Below, one piece after another: positions 1-9,585 of a stretch of DNA of 64,000 nt. Each line of letters starts with the position of its first letter. Position 1 is the stretch's first letter. The DNA is from an uncultured virus (IMG/VR IMGVR_UViG_3300010157_000035) (lineage: Duplodnaviria > Heunggongvirae > Uroviricota > Caudoviricetes). The DNA is taken from positions 62,001-126,000 of IMG/VR virus record IMGVR_UViG_3300010157_000035; one strand, 5' to 3'. Under the pieces are notes generated by a model that was not told the origin of the DNA, made no database searches, and worked only from the letters and a program-made list of their open reading frames with translations. A program made the position numbers and the translations under genes.

Positions 1-283
1 CAAAGTTTGCGCTGTATTCGCCAGCATGTTCAGGGTCTATCACCTGCACTCGATTGTAAGGATCCGCTTCAGGTTCCTGTTCTTCATCATCATACTCTTG
101 ATCGGGCAAGTGTAAACTGGACAGTGAAACACGTTGTAGTTCATACTGCGGATAACGCAGGATCAATTTTTTTAAGAACCCGCCGCCCTTTTGATCGTCT
201 GGGTGTATACCATCTACATAATTCCAAACCTGTTGAGCCGAAGCAGTTTTAACAGATTCAACAACAAACTCATGGGCTTTCAT
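1..283 (-). CDS. Putative head-packaged protein (runs off the window edge)
   Basis: Not in the ORF track. ATG at 283 overlaps the upstream stop (ATGA). Reads MKAHEFVVESVKTASAQQVWNY... and stays open to base 1. The N-terminus resembles the T4 capsid-targeting sequence. Confidence 0.75.
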   Translation of the reverse strand, partial: MKAHEFVVESVKTASAQQVWNYVDGIHPDDQKGGGFLKKLILRYPQYELQRVSLSSLHLPDQEYDDEEQEPEADPYNRVQVIDPEHAGEYSANF

Positions 284-1206
284 CGTTGTGCTACTTGATA
301 AGATTTAAATTGGTCTTTGCGTGACTGTAGGCCTTTTGCGGCAGGATTGATAGTTTTAGTTACAGCCGCGGTGTTGCCGAAATCTTTTATTTTTGTAGCA
401 ACACGATTTTGCCAATACCATACTGCCACTTTGGCAGCAACGTCGGGTCTAGCAGCCAAATCTGGTTGTTGTGCTAATGGCAATCCTAATGCAGCACCAG
501 CTCTAGTATAATTGTCACGCCCGGTCAATTGTATAAACCCACGTCCTTTGAAACGTTCACCATCACCTTTGACCTTGTTGCCTAGGATCCGTGCCTTGCG
601 TGGGTTCTGTTCGTACTTTTTAGTAAAGTAAGTTGGACTACCACGTTCTTCCATACTGGCAAAGTTTGCACTTTCATGGGCACATTGTGCCAAAAACTGT
701 GCCAATTCGGTACCTTTGATTCCGCTGGCCACGGCAACTGCTTTTAATTGATCTACTAGTGAAGATTGTTGTGCAGGTGCCGCTTGTTGTGTTAAGGCAG
801 CTGGTCGTACCGGTGCAGCTGCTGTTGATTGAGCAGTTGTTGCGGCTGGTGCTTGTGCAACAGGTGCAGTCATTTTTGCATTTGCTGCGCCACCACCTAG
901 GGCCATTGCTCCAGCCAGTGCAGCACCACCTAGGGCACTTTTCCATCCTTCTTCTAGTTCTTCTAACTCCTCAGCAGGCCAACTGATAAAACTATTGCCG
1001 TTGATGTCGCCGGCTCGCACAACAAACGCACCACCGTTGTCGTATCCTTCGTCTTGGCCAATTTCCCAACCCATTGACGCCAGTGTGCGTTCGGCACGTG
1101 GATCTTCGTCACCTTGCCACCATTGTGCGGCCAGCTGACGTAGGATTTCTTCTTCGTCGGGCTGTCTATCGTCACCACCTGCGGGTGCAAATTCGCGTAG
1201 TCTCAT
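280..1206 (-). CDS. GH19 (chitinase/lysozyme-like) muramidase with long N-terminal extension, probably virion-associated
   Basis: GH19 motifs AQFLAQCAHESANF and FKGRGFIQLTGRDNY. The N-terminus has MRLREF, an acidic module, LEELEEG, a hydrophobic segment and an Ala/Pro linker. Confidence 0.85.
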   Translation of the reverse strand: MRLREFAPAGGDDRQPDEEEILRQLAAQWWQGDEDPRAERTLASMGWEIGQDEGYDNGGAFVVRAGDINGNSFISWPAEELEELEEGWKSALGGAALAGAMALGGGAANAKMTAPVAQAPAATTAQSTAAAPVRPAALTQQAAPAQQSSLVDQLKAVAVASGIKGTELAQFLAQCAHESANFASMEERGSPTYFTKKYEQNPRKARILGNKVKGDGERFKGRGFIQLTGRDNYTRAGAALGLPLAQQPDLAARPDVAAKVAVWYWQNRVATKIKDFGNTAAVTKTINPAAKGLQSRKDQFKSYQVAQR

Positions 1207-2355
1207 TTAGCAATTCCATCTACGACGTGCTTTACATATGGCCTTGTCTGGAGTTTTAGCACAGCTGATGTTGTGCATTTTCATTTGACCACGACTGCGA
1301 CTACAATAACTCTTGCGGCGCTTTGATGCTTTACTACCCTTCTTCAACTTTGAAGGCTTGGTAGTCACAGCAGTTTGTAGTTTTGATCCTGGGTGTTCTC
1401 TGCGATATGTTTTAACAGCCTTACGACTCATGCCATCTGTTTTGTCGCGATTGTTGGCTTTTTGCCATGCTTCGGTTTCTGATAGATTTTCTTTGGCAGG
1501 TTCCTGTGTCACAGCAAACACATACAACTCATCATCTGACAAACTTTCTAAATCTTCCCAGATTGCTTCTGCATCTACACCATTGCGATCAGCAAGATCA
1601 GTTATAATGCTTTCTATTAGATCAAACTCTTCAGACAATTCTTGTTGACCCCCGATAGCTTGTAGCATAGCACGAGCAACCACACGATCTTTTTCTTTTT
1701 CATCTTCGGGCAATTGAGCATACTGTTGAGTCATTAGTTTCTGACGCTGTGCTATCTTGGCTTGTAGTTTTTCTGGAGCCATTGTTTTGGAATCATCAAA
1801 CATCTGTGGATTTTTAACAAACGCCTGTGCTGTTACATTCCAACCTTTGTGGATGGCATCGCTAATTGCCTCAATATCTGTAACACCACGATCAATCATT
1901 TGTTTGGCAAAGGACGCAGATTTTAAGTTGGCCTGCCAACCAAATGTATTGCCTGGACTACTACGACCATAACCATATGCTGCATCCAATGCTGCATCAC
2001 TAATTTGTGCCAACTGTTGAACACTTAGTTGTTGACCTTCGTTAATGCTTTCATTGGGCACACAGTTACGAACTGGTCCACCATTTTTGCCCTTCTTGGT
2101 ACCTTCTGCGTGTTTACCTGGCCAACAACGGGTATATCCATTTGCGTCTTTTTGACCTTTCTTGATTTCCATGACATTGCCGTGTGTTTCACACATGCCA
2201 CAGTCTTCACACACCATTTCCATCTCAACCGATTCGTTGTGCTTTTTCTTACCAGCACAGTGCGCCCGTTGGCTGAAACCTTTGGGGTGGCTACAGTTGA
2301 TACTGCTTTTGTATTTTTGACTCCACTTTTCAGTTATAAATTCATTAGCTTTCAT
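1207..2355 (-). CDS. Modular putative head protein with a RyR-like domain and Cys/basic modules
   Basis: Starts MKANEFITE. IHKGW...YAQLPEDEKEKDR resembles a RyR repeat. Also CWPG...RNCVP and a C-terminal RRKSYCSRS...ARRRWNC basic module, separated by x-x-E junctions. Confidence 0.65.
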   Translation of the reverse strand: MKANEFITEKWSQKYKSSINCSHPKGFSQRAHCAGKKKHNESVEMEMVCEDCGMCETHGNVMEIKKGQKDANGYTRCWPGKHAEGTKKGKNGGPVRNCVPNESINEGQQLSVQQLAQISDAALDAAYGYGRSSPGNTFGWQANLKSASFAKQMIDRGVTDIEAISDAIHKGWNVTAQAFVKNPQMFDDSKTMAPEKLQAKIAQRQKLMTQQYAQLPEDEKEKDRVVARAMLQAIGGQQELSEEFDLIESIITDLADRNGVDAEAIWEDLESLSDDELYVFAVTQEPAKENLSETEAWQKANNRDKTDGMSRKAVKTYRREHPGSKLQTAVTTKPSKLKKGSKASKRRKSYCSRSRGQMKMHNISCAKTPDKAICKARRRWNC

Positions 2356-5300
2356 TTTTTGTGTCCTCTACGCATATTTAGTTGCCAACGGGCCAGCTGT
2401 CCTTTTCGACCCTTTGCGTGGCTGGCCTTTTCTAGTTGAGCCATAGTGGCACCCTTAGGTATGCCATGACGCTGACTATCTCCTGGACGTCCAGGGCCCT
2501 TGCCATCAGCAAAGTTTTCCGCCACATCTTGCTGACCAATTTGAACCAACCACTCTAATTCATCATCAGCATCCTTGACATCATAGAATTTGACATTGGG
2601 AATCTTTTTTGCGGCAAACCACTTGTTGGCCACTTTAACCATAAGGGCACGATGTTGTGGATCACGAACATCCGGCTCGTAGCCTCCTGTTAAGTTGACC
2701 CATAACGCACTTGGATTGCCGTTCCGATCATAACCTAGCAATTCACGCCATTGCTGTTGCAATCGATCTGGCACATACTGGTCTAACTCTGTGTCACTCA
2801 TCCACTCTTGCCCAATGTCAACACCTTCCGCCACACCTTGCTTGCCCGAGATATTTTGTACCGCTTTTAAGTGTCCAGCACCCACCACATAGACTCCGGC
2901 TTTTCTTGTGGCTAGGTATTGGTCTCTAGTATCAACTGTGGCCGCTCGTGCTATCTTGCCTGCACGATTGGGATATTGCTCCCAATTGCTGGGCCACATC
3001 AAAGCCTCGCCGGCTTTGAGGAATTGAGTGAGATTTTCTTCAGTAGCCGGCTGTTGACTCATTTTGACAAAATCATATTTGCCTTCGCTGGCCAATGATA
3101 GAAATTTTTCCAGTGCCGAGGCAGTGAATCCCATGCCTTGGAACGAGTTGTCTTGGGCAGTGACCATGAGTCTATTGAATATGGTGTCTTTGGGATCCAC
3201 ACCTACTCGTTGTATTCTATTGTTGGCATCTACATTGGCAAACAAAACATAAATCCATTTTGGATCATTGGGGCTGGCAGTTTTTGCTACCTCGTCATCA
3301 AAACTGCCCACATAGCGGTCAATCACCCCGCGAGTGTAGGCACGATCAGCACCGTTGCCTTCGTACCAGGCACCGTGTTGAGCCGCTATGGCTTGAACTT
3401 TTTTCAATGTCTCAGGAGACAACTCCAAGGGCTGGCCGTGTTGTTGTCCAACTATTACGGTGTTGGGGTTTAGGAATATGGCAGATTCTGTCAACTTGCC
3501 TTCCGCCACACCTTGTTTGCCAATTTCTTCTATGTCCTTGTCTGCTACTATTCGCACAGGAATACTTTTTGTACCCGACAATTTATATGCCCAGAATCTA
3601 TGATGACCATCTAATACCTGATATCCATTTTTATATTTGCGAACCAACAATGGTGGCAACTTGTCACCCTTCTTTAAGCCAGCAACAATCTTTTCAACAT
3701 TGGCTTGGCTTTTTGGTTGATTCATCTTTGAATCTGGCTCAAAGCCCACAAGTTTATTAGCGGGTATGTTGACAACTGGTAGGCTATCAAACCCTGTGTC
3801 ATCTACTTCTGCCCCAAAATAGCCAGGATCTGTGTGGAGTTTGACCTTGCCTTCCGCCACCGCCGGCGCTTGTTTTGTTAGAGTATAAGTTGCGCCGCCT
3901 GGCATATCGCTTCTTGCTAAATCGTAACCGCTACCAGTGACGTAGCGTCGAAGCATTCTATCATACAGTCTAGCTCTGCTGCCGGTAGGGTCATCCTCTT
4001 TTTCTGCACTGAAGTTTAACCGCGCTGGTTTCTTCTTAGCAATAAATTGTTGCATGGCAGTCAATACTGTGGCAAACACACGAGGAGCATCGCCTTCACC
4101 GGTGATTTCCATGTTTTCATCACGCTCAAACTCTACCATCCAACTGTTGTCGCCTTGAGCCATAAACAGCACGATCAGTTCACTGCCGTCATCCAAGTCA
4201 GCTGTGGCATGCCAGTCACCATTTTGTTTGCTCCATTGTATAGTGTAAGGTTGATCAAAGGCTTCTGTGATTGGTTCGGTCGGAGTCCATTCGAAACTTT
4301 CAACTGGCACTGAATATTTGTCACTGAGTTTTTGTAACAGTGCATCTAGCGTGGCAACAGGAATATTTTGGGCGACCACACGTCGGCCCTGACTGCCTGG
4401 AACTGGACGATAGTATACATCCACATGTTCAGGATCAATGATACGTGTTTCTGCCACAGGCTTGGTCCAAGCACGGGCCGGCACATTCAATGTTTTTTCC
4501 AAATGTTTCAGCGTGGCCGTTGTCAGCAGGTCAGTGCTGTCACGACCGGGTTGATAATACCACCGGCCCTTTTGAGTTTGTCTTAGGCCCATGATTCTCA
4601 AATCAAGATGGTCGAAACTGCGGCCGCCTTTGGCCACATCAAAGAAGTAGAGTGTATCAGCAGGGTTTGCACTTTCTGTAACGCTTTCCGTCATGATCGG
4701 CACCACTTCAACATCTGCACCCGGTGCAGGAGATAACGATCCTTGACTGCGTTGATCCTGCAACCAGGTTTGAGCAATGCGATTGGCATCTGCTTGATTG
4801 TTGCCCACACCACGGAAGCGCCACACTTCTTCTCCGTCCAACATGACTTTCCACTGTCCACTAAAACTGTTGCCTGCCGGTGCTGAACTGGTCTGATATC
4901 TGTTGCCAAACAAGTCTCTGAATGAGTAATTCGTGTCACGACCATCGGTCCTGTTCTGCGGGAAATTCTGTGCCACGTCTACAGGCACTTCAGGAATGTC
5001 ATCCGAGGCTGGCGCAGACTGCAGGCTCAGCACGTCAGGACGCACACCATTTCTACGGGCTGTGTCGTGTAGCACGGCTAGAGCCTGATCCCGACTGGCA
5101 CCACTCACAGTGTTCAGTGTTTCTCCAGTGGCACTGTAGATTATGCGCCAGTTGCTGTTTGATTCGGTGCCTCTAGTTCTCACACCAAAACGGTCATAAT
5201 TTTCAGCGGCAATGCTTCCCATGGCCATGCGTTGTGCTTGAGCACGATCGGTTATGGGTCGGCCGTCCACACTGAGGTTGGCAGCCGAGTTACCAGTCGC

Positions 5301-8300
5301 TCTGTTGTAGATTTCCCAAGGGCCTGGGCCGGTGGGTCGTAGACTGTTAGGCAGGGCGCCTTGATCAGCATCACCCACGGGTCTGGCACCAAACACCAAT
5401 CTAGCATCTACTGTGCCTATGCCGTGGGGCCCAAAATTGATATAATCATCTAATCTTGTGTTTACATCTGATTGATTGCGAGCAGAGAATTCAGTGTCGG
5501 GAATTACCTCACCAGTGCGTCTATCGAACAGTTCATAGGTTCCTGTGCCGGTCTGTGTTGCGCCAGGTTTGTCTGGTTGTTCATCGTAGGGCCGTAAAAC
5601 TTCAGCATCCATTTGAGCCAGAGTGTTGACCAAGAGCGGTTCGCCCCATTCTTTTGCAGCCTTCTGTTTGGCTTCTTCTTCTGAGGTAGCAACCACTTCC
5701 ACTGTGTAACTATATTGGCCAGCATTCTTGCCGTATTTGTAAACTTTCCACCACATTTTTTGGCCGTCATGCTTGCCACGCTTGATATTGCGTTGTAGTT
5801 GTGCTTGTTTGACAAAGCTTCTCAGTGCAGCTTTGGGAATCTTGCCAGCCACATAGTCACTGAAGTATCGGATAGTGTCAACATCTTTGTTACCGTCGCT
5901 CAACAACTTGTATAGTTTAGTCAAATATTCTTGGCGGTATGCATCAGGATCAAGTGCCGCACTCATAGCCACTGTGAAACGCAATAGAGTGTTTTCAATT
6001 TGATCAAAGTTCTCATCCAACCAGTCACCGCCGGGTGAGCGGAATTCAATGTGTCCGTCCTTGGTGTTGATTGACGTATACTTGCTGGTGATACCTGAGT
6101 GTATGGCCTTGCTGGCCAACTGGTCCATGTTGCCCTTCATCTTGTCCAACAGTTTGGCCGCATTGTCAGGATTGTCACGTACGGCTTTTTTAACAATGTC
6201 CAAGGCTGACTTGGCATAGGTATTGCCGGCACGCCCAAATGCATCCAACACATAATTGTCGCCCATGAGCAAGGCCAGTTTCACAAAGTCTAGTTTCTGT
6301 CTACTATAGTCGGGCACTGAGATGTTGATGTGCAAGCCGGTTGAATCATTGGTATAGCAACCATATTCTTTGGCCCAGGCCCGGACCTTGTTTAGGTCAC
6401 CTAGTATTTCATCAATGGGCAAGGGTGGTGATACAAACTCCAAGCCTTGGTCGCCGGAATTGTCCGGTTCTAAACTGCCATCGGGTTCAACCACATAACG
6501 CAACTGTGTAGGACTGGGTCTGATCACCGAGCCTGAATGATAGTTGCCACTGGCTCTAACATCACGCCCAATGGCATTTTCAAACTCTTGTGCCACATCT
6601 TCAATGTTAGCTTCGCCACCGCCTTGTGATCGCCAGTGCGGCCAATTCATACTGTATGAACCTTCAACATAACTCATGCGATCTAGATCTGCATCATCCA
6701 ACCAGTCGCTTTCATCATAACTTTCTTGATTTTCTTCACGGAACTCTTCATAGGCTGATTCATAGTCTCTACTATCAGGGTCAGCATGAATATTGGCTGC
6801 ATATTCTTCCAAGGCTTCGTTGCGAGCATCACCCGCCAAATCGTCGGGATTCCATACAGATTCATCCACATTGTTCTTGACCCATTCAGCAATGTATTCC
6901 TCACCACCTCGTGTCCAGTCCGTGGCTATTTTGTCATCCAACCACTCTAAATAGTCCTCGTGCATTTTTTCACGCATACGATCACAATCACGGCGACTGT
7001 TGTAGTCACCATCATAGAAAAAGTCATAGGCATCCTGTATGCTACGGCAACGCTCGTCCATGTCATAGTCAGGTTCTAAATCTTCGTCCCCACTGCCTTC
7101 AACATTGGGCACAATCATTTCAAATTCCATGCCTGCAATGGCACCGGTTTTAGCAGCCTCTCTGCGCAGGTTCTTGCTCCCCATGTTGATTTCAAATAGA
7201 TCTTGCTGTTTGAAATGATCCAGTTCTGTTGCCAACTGTTCAAACAGACCATTGGGGTTGGCTATCTGTGGATGACCTTGACTGTCGGTCTTGAGTTTTA
7301 ATTTATTGGCTTCTCGGCCCACTTGTCCTGGTTTAATGTCCACCGTGAGCGCCATACTATAGCGTGGATCTTTAGCCTGCCGCTTGGTAGGAATATAACC
7401 TGATGCACTTTCGTGAACTTCGTCGGCATGTAAATCATCGGCTTGGCCCACAGCAAAGTATTCTGGATGCATTCTAGCATAGTCACGCATGAGTATGCCG
7501 GCTCTGGCATTGGCTTCATTTTCCCATGGTGATCCAGTTTCGCCAGCAGTGCTATCCATGCGCTTGCCATCACGCTCGTGTTGATGTTTGTGTGTGAGTT
7601 CATGTGCCACAGTGCGCAGCACATCCATGATGTGACGATCGCCCCAGGCCACTTCCAACAGGTGTTGATCATTGATGTAGCGGCCAAAGGTGGTGTGTGT
7701 CACAGGCCATTGCGGATCTCGACGCAGTTTGATTGTGGGCATGGATTTGATCTTCAGTTCAGCAACACAGAAACCAATAAAGTCTTTGAGTATTGCTTCA
7801 TCTGACGGTACCGACGCTTCTTCAAGCGCCACTGTATCAGCTTCGACTACAGTAGGAGTGCGGAAGCCATATGTTGTTCGTGGTACAACTGCTTTTTCTT
7901 TGAGACTAAATTCTCTATCCTTGGCCGTATTGCGGGCATCGTATAACTGTTTAATCAAACCCTGACTACGCAACATTTTAAATGCTAAATTTTCTGGACC
8001 AAACTCACCGTGATTTTCCAATCCAGTCTGACGCATCTTTTTAATTTTTTCCGCTAAACGTGTTATGCGTTTTAAATTACCGGACTTAATGGCCGATTCA
8101 ATTTGCCGGCCAACTTTTTCAAACTTGTTGCGGGTGCTGGTATCATCCACTACACTCCGTACTCTACGTGGAACCTGTAACCAGTCGTTGTTTAGTATAG
8201 AATATATGCCCTGACTGACGTGCGGCTTGTCGGCATCTTGCACATATAGTTCTACATCGGCGCCACCAATTTTAATATCGTGTTGTTCGTTATACTGAAA

Positions 8301-8600
8301 CTTTTTGGCATCAAACAGTTCACGGTAAACAGGATTATCTGGCATGTCTACTACCAAGTGTAGGTCGATATCACTGTTGGGCGTATATGTATAAGCCGCA
8401 TTTGATCCGCTGATGGTAATGTCCTTAATTGCTAGATCTGTTACACCCAAAAACTCACGAAAGTCGTCGGCTATTTCCAGCAAGCGTTCGCGCACTTCGG
8501 GGCGCAAATGCTCACGATTGTCCCACAAGCGTGGATTCAATTGATCATTGAATTTAACAGCGTCGTCAAGATTATATGAGTTTAATTCCGTGATGTTCAT
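2352..8600 (-). CDS. 2082-aa polyvalent protein: nucleotidyltransferase, zincin peptidase, amidoligase-like domain, diverged repeats, ParB-like domain and unknown modules
   Basis: GS...SDIDL (Pol-beta NTase); VAHELTH (HExxH); GMEFE / DGSL / GLEFVSP / GLHINI / IEFR (COOH-NH2 ligase, amidoligase type); PPLLV...VLDGHHR (ParB/Srx). Confidence 0.8.
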   Translation of the reverse strand: MNITELNSYNLDDAVKFNDQLNPRLWDNREHLRPEVRERLLEIADDFREFLGVTDLAIKDITISGSNAAYTYTPNSDIDLHLVVDMPDNPVYRELFDAKKFQYNEQHDIKIGGADVELYVQDADKPHVSQGIYSILNNDWLQVPRRVRSVVDDTSTRNKFEKVGRQIESAIKSGNLKRITRLAEKIKKMRQTGLENHGEFGPENLAFKMLRSQGLIKQLYDARNTAKDREFSLKEKAVVPRTTYGFRTPTVVEADTVALEEASVPSDEAILKDFIGFCVAELKIKSMPTIKLRRDPQWPVTHTTFGRYINDQHLLEVAWGDRHIMDVLRTVAHELTHKHQHERDGKRMDSTAGETGSPWENEANARAGILMRDYARMHPEYFAVGQADDLHADEVHESASGYIPTKRQAKDPRYSMALTVDIKPGQVGREANKLKLKTDSQGHPQIANPNGLFEQLATELDHFKQQDLFEINMGSKNLRREAAKTGAIAGMEFEMIVPNVEGSGDEDLEPDYDMDERCRSIQDAYDFFYDGDYNSRRDCDRMREKMHEDYLEWLDDKIATDWTRGGEEYIAEWVKNNVDESVWNPDDLAGDARNEALEEYAANIHADPDSRDYESAYEEFREENQESYDESDWLDDADLDRMSYVEGSYSMNWPHWRSQGGGEANIEDVAQEFENAIGRDVRASGNYHSGSVIRPSPTQLRYVVEPDGSLEPDNSGDQGLEFVSPPLPIDEILGDLNKVRAWAKEYGCYTNDSTGLHINISVPDYSRQKLDFVKLALLMGDNYVLDAFGRAGNTYAKSALDIVKKAVRDNPDNAAKLLDKMKGNMDQLASKAIHSGITSKYTSINTKDGHIEFRSPGGDWLDENFDQIENTLLRFTVAMSAALDPDAYRQEYLTKLYKLLSDGNKDVDTIRYFSDYVAGKIPKAALRSFVKQAQLQRNIKRGKHDGQKMWWKVYKYGKNAGQYSYTVEVVATSEEEAKQKAAKEWGEPLLVNTLAQMDAEVLRPYDEQPDKPGATQTGTGTYELFDRRTGEVIPDTEFSARNQSDVNTRLDDYINFGPHGIGTVDARLVFGARPVGDADQGALPNSLRPTGPGPWEIYNRATGNSAANLSVDGRPITDRAQAQRMAMGSIAAENYDRFGVRTRGTESNSNWRIIYSATGETLNTVSGASRDQALAVLHDTARRNGVRPDVLSLQSAPASDDIPEVPVDVAQNFPQNRTDGRDTNYSFRDLFGNRYQTSSAPAGNSFSGQWKVMLDGEEVWRFRGVGNNQADANRIAQTWLQDQRSQGSLSPAPGADVEVVPIMTESVTESANPADTLYFFDVAKGGRSFDHLDLRIMGLRQTQKGRWYYQPGRDSTDLLTTATLKHLEKTLNVPARAWTKPVAETRIIDPEHVDVYYRPVPGSQGRRVVAQNIPVATLDALLQKLSDKYSVPVESFEWTPTEPITEAFDQPYTIQWSKQNGDWHATADLDDGSELIVLFMAQGDNSWMVEFERDENMEITGEGDAPRVFATVLTAMQQFIAKKKPARLNFSAEKEDDPTGSRARLYDRMLRRYVTGSGYDLARSDMPGGATYTLTKQAPAVAEGKVKLHTDPGYFGAEVDDTGFDSLPVVNIPANKLVGFEPDSKMNQPKSQANVEKIVAGLKKGDKLPPLLVRKYKNGYQVLDGHHRFWAYKLSGTKSIPVRIVADKDIEEIGKQGVAEGKLTESAIFLNPNTVIVGQQHGQPLELSPETLKKVQAIAAQHGAWYEGNGADRAYTRGVIDRYVGSFDDEVAKTASPNDPKWIYVLFANVDANNRIQRVGVDPKDTIFNRLMVTAQDNSFQGMGFTASALEKFLSLASEGKYDFVKMSQQPATEENLTQFLKAGEALMWPSNWEQYPNRAGKIARAATVDTRDQYLATRKAGVYVVGAGHLKAVQNISGKQGVAEGVDIGQEWMSDTELDQYVPDRLQQQWRELLGYDRNGNPSALWVNLTGGYEPDVRDPQHRALMVKVANKWFAAKKIPNVKFYDVKDADDELEWLVQIGQQDVAENFADGKGPGRPGDSQRHGIPKGATMAQLEKASHAKGRKGQLARWQLNMRRGHKK
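2517..3860 (-). repeat. Four dispersed linker repeats GTGGCGGAA (Val-Ala-Glu) inside the polyprotein
   Basis: Plus strand: ccttccgccacaccttg is identical at 2824-2840 and 3499-3515; cttgccttccgccac is identical at 3495-3509 and 3846-3860; ttccgccaca at 2517-2526. Confidence 0.85.
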
Positions 8601-8606
8601 AGATAG

Positions 8607-8612
8607 TATTTA
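8607..8612 (-). promoter_or_regulatory. T4-like late promoter core TAAATA (representative copy)
   Basis: TAAATA lies just upstream of gene starts at 8607, 9560, 10367, 11345, 17446, 22732, 26033, 32947, 35266, 42479, 43404 and 53545 (minus) and at 22675 and 26147 (plus). It matches the core of the T4 late promoter TATAAATA. Confidence 0.75.
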
Positions 8613-8618
8613 CCGGAT

Positions 8619-8644
8619 AAACAAAAGCCGCTAACTTAGCGGCC
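8619..8644 (-). terminator. Intrinsic terminator
   Basis: Minus strand reads GCCGCTAAGTTAGCGGC followed by TTTTGTTT, just downstream of the 8669 gene. Confidence 0.7.
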
Positions 8645-8668
8645 TGTGTAGAACAAACAAAAATTAAT

Positions 8669-9535
8669 TTATTTTTTCTTTTTCTTGCTTGAGGCTAGCA
8701 CTGTGGCTTCAACTGGTGCAGGCGGTGTATTGCTTAGGGCTTGTCCATTAGACATGGCCAAATTATGCAGATCTTTGTAAAGTTGATCCTGTGTCTGGAA
8801 GTCAAATACGTAGGTTCCGGTGTGTTTAAGCAGGACACGTTTGTCCACCCAAACTTTACCGCCGATGTCACGCCAGTTTTCACAGAATGTCCAGTCTTCA
8901 CTGTAGTAGCGATTTTCGCGCACTGCTGTGTCAAAGTAAGTTTTCATGTAAGGATTGAGTTCTGCAGGCAAACCAATGTCGTTGATAAAAGGTTTGGTAG
9001 CAGGATGAGCATTTAGTTTCTCAAATACATCACGCTTGATCAACATGAAACCTGTGCCAGTTTTGCTGACTTCTTGTAAGGTGCCGTCTTCTGACACTTC
9101 TGCACCATCAAATCCGTTCACACACCATTTGACCGGCAACGATTTCATTGGATATAATCCACCAATGACATCTTTTTGTGCGTTCAGCATGACCAGCAGG
9201 TGCCAGGGTTCCCAACCAATGTCAGCATCAACAAACATCAAGTGAGTGCTTTCTTTGTTGTGCAGGAACTTGGCTGTGAGCGTATTTCTAGCACGACTGA
9301 TCAAACTTTCATTGGTCATGGTTTCCATGGTCCAATCAATGCCCAATTGACGACAAGTGTTGGCCCACTTGATGTAGCTCATAAATGTCGATTCTGTTAG
9401 CATGCCACCATAACACGGCATACAAATATGCACACGGGTAGTTTTTAAATAGTCAACGTTGACTTGGATCTGTTGTTGACCTGGCTGTAATGCCGGTGCT
9501 TGTGTTGTTGGTGTTGCGTCTTGGGTTTCAGCCAT
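8669..9535 (-). CDS. GT-A fold glycosyltransferase-like protein
   Basis: ICMPCYGG, ESLISRARN, THLMFVDADI (DxD), GTGFMLIKR, SEDWTFC. Confidence 0.75.
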   Translation of the reverse strand: MAETQDATPTTQAPALQPGQQQIQVNVDYLKTTRVHICMPCYGGMLTESTFMSYIKWANTCRQLGIDWTMETMTNESLISRARNTLTAKFLHNKESTHLMFVDADIGWEPWHLLVMLNAQKDVIGGLYPMKSLPVKWCVNGFDGAEVSEDGTLQEVSKTGTGFMLIKRDVFEKLNAHPATKPFINDIGLPAELNPYMKTYFDTAVRENRYYSEDWTFCENWRDIGGKVWVDKRVLLKHTGTYVFDFQTQDQLYKDLHNLAMSNGQALSNTPPAPVEATVLASSKKKKK

Positions 9536-9585
9536 AAGTTCCTCTATTAAAGTGTATGATATTTAATAGAGTATAACACACACGG

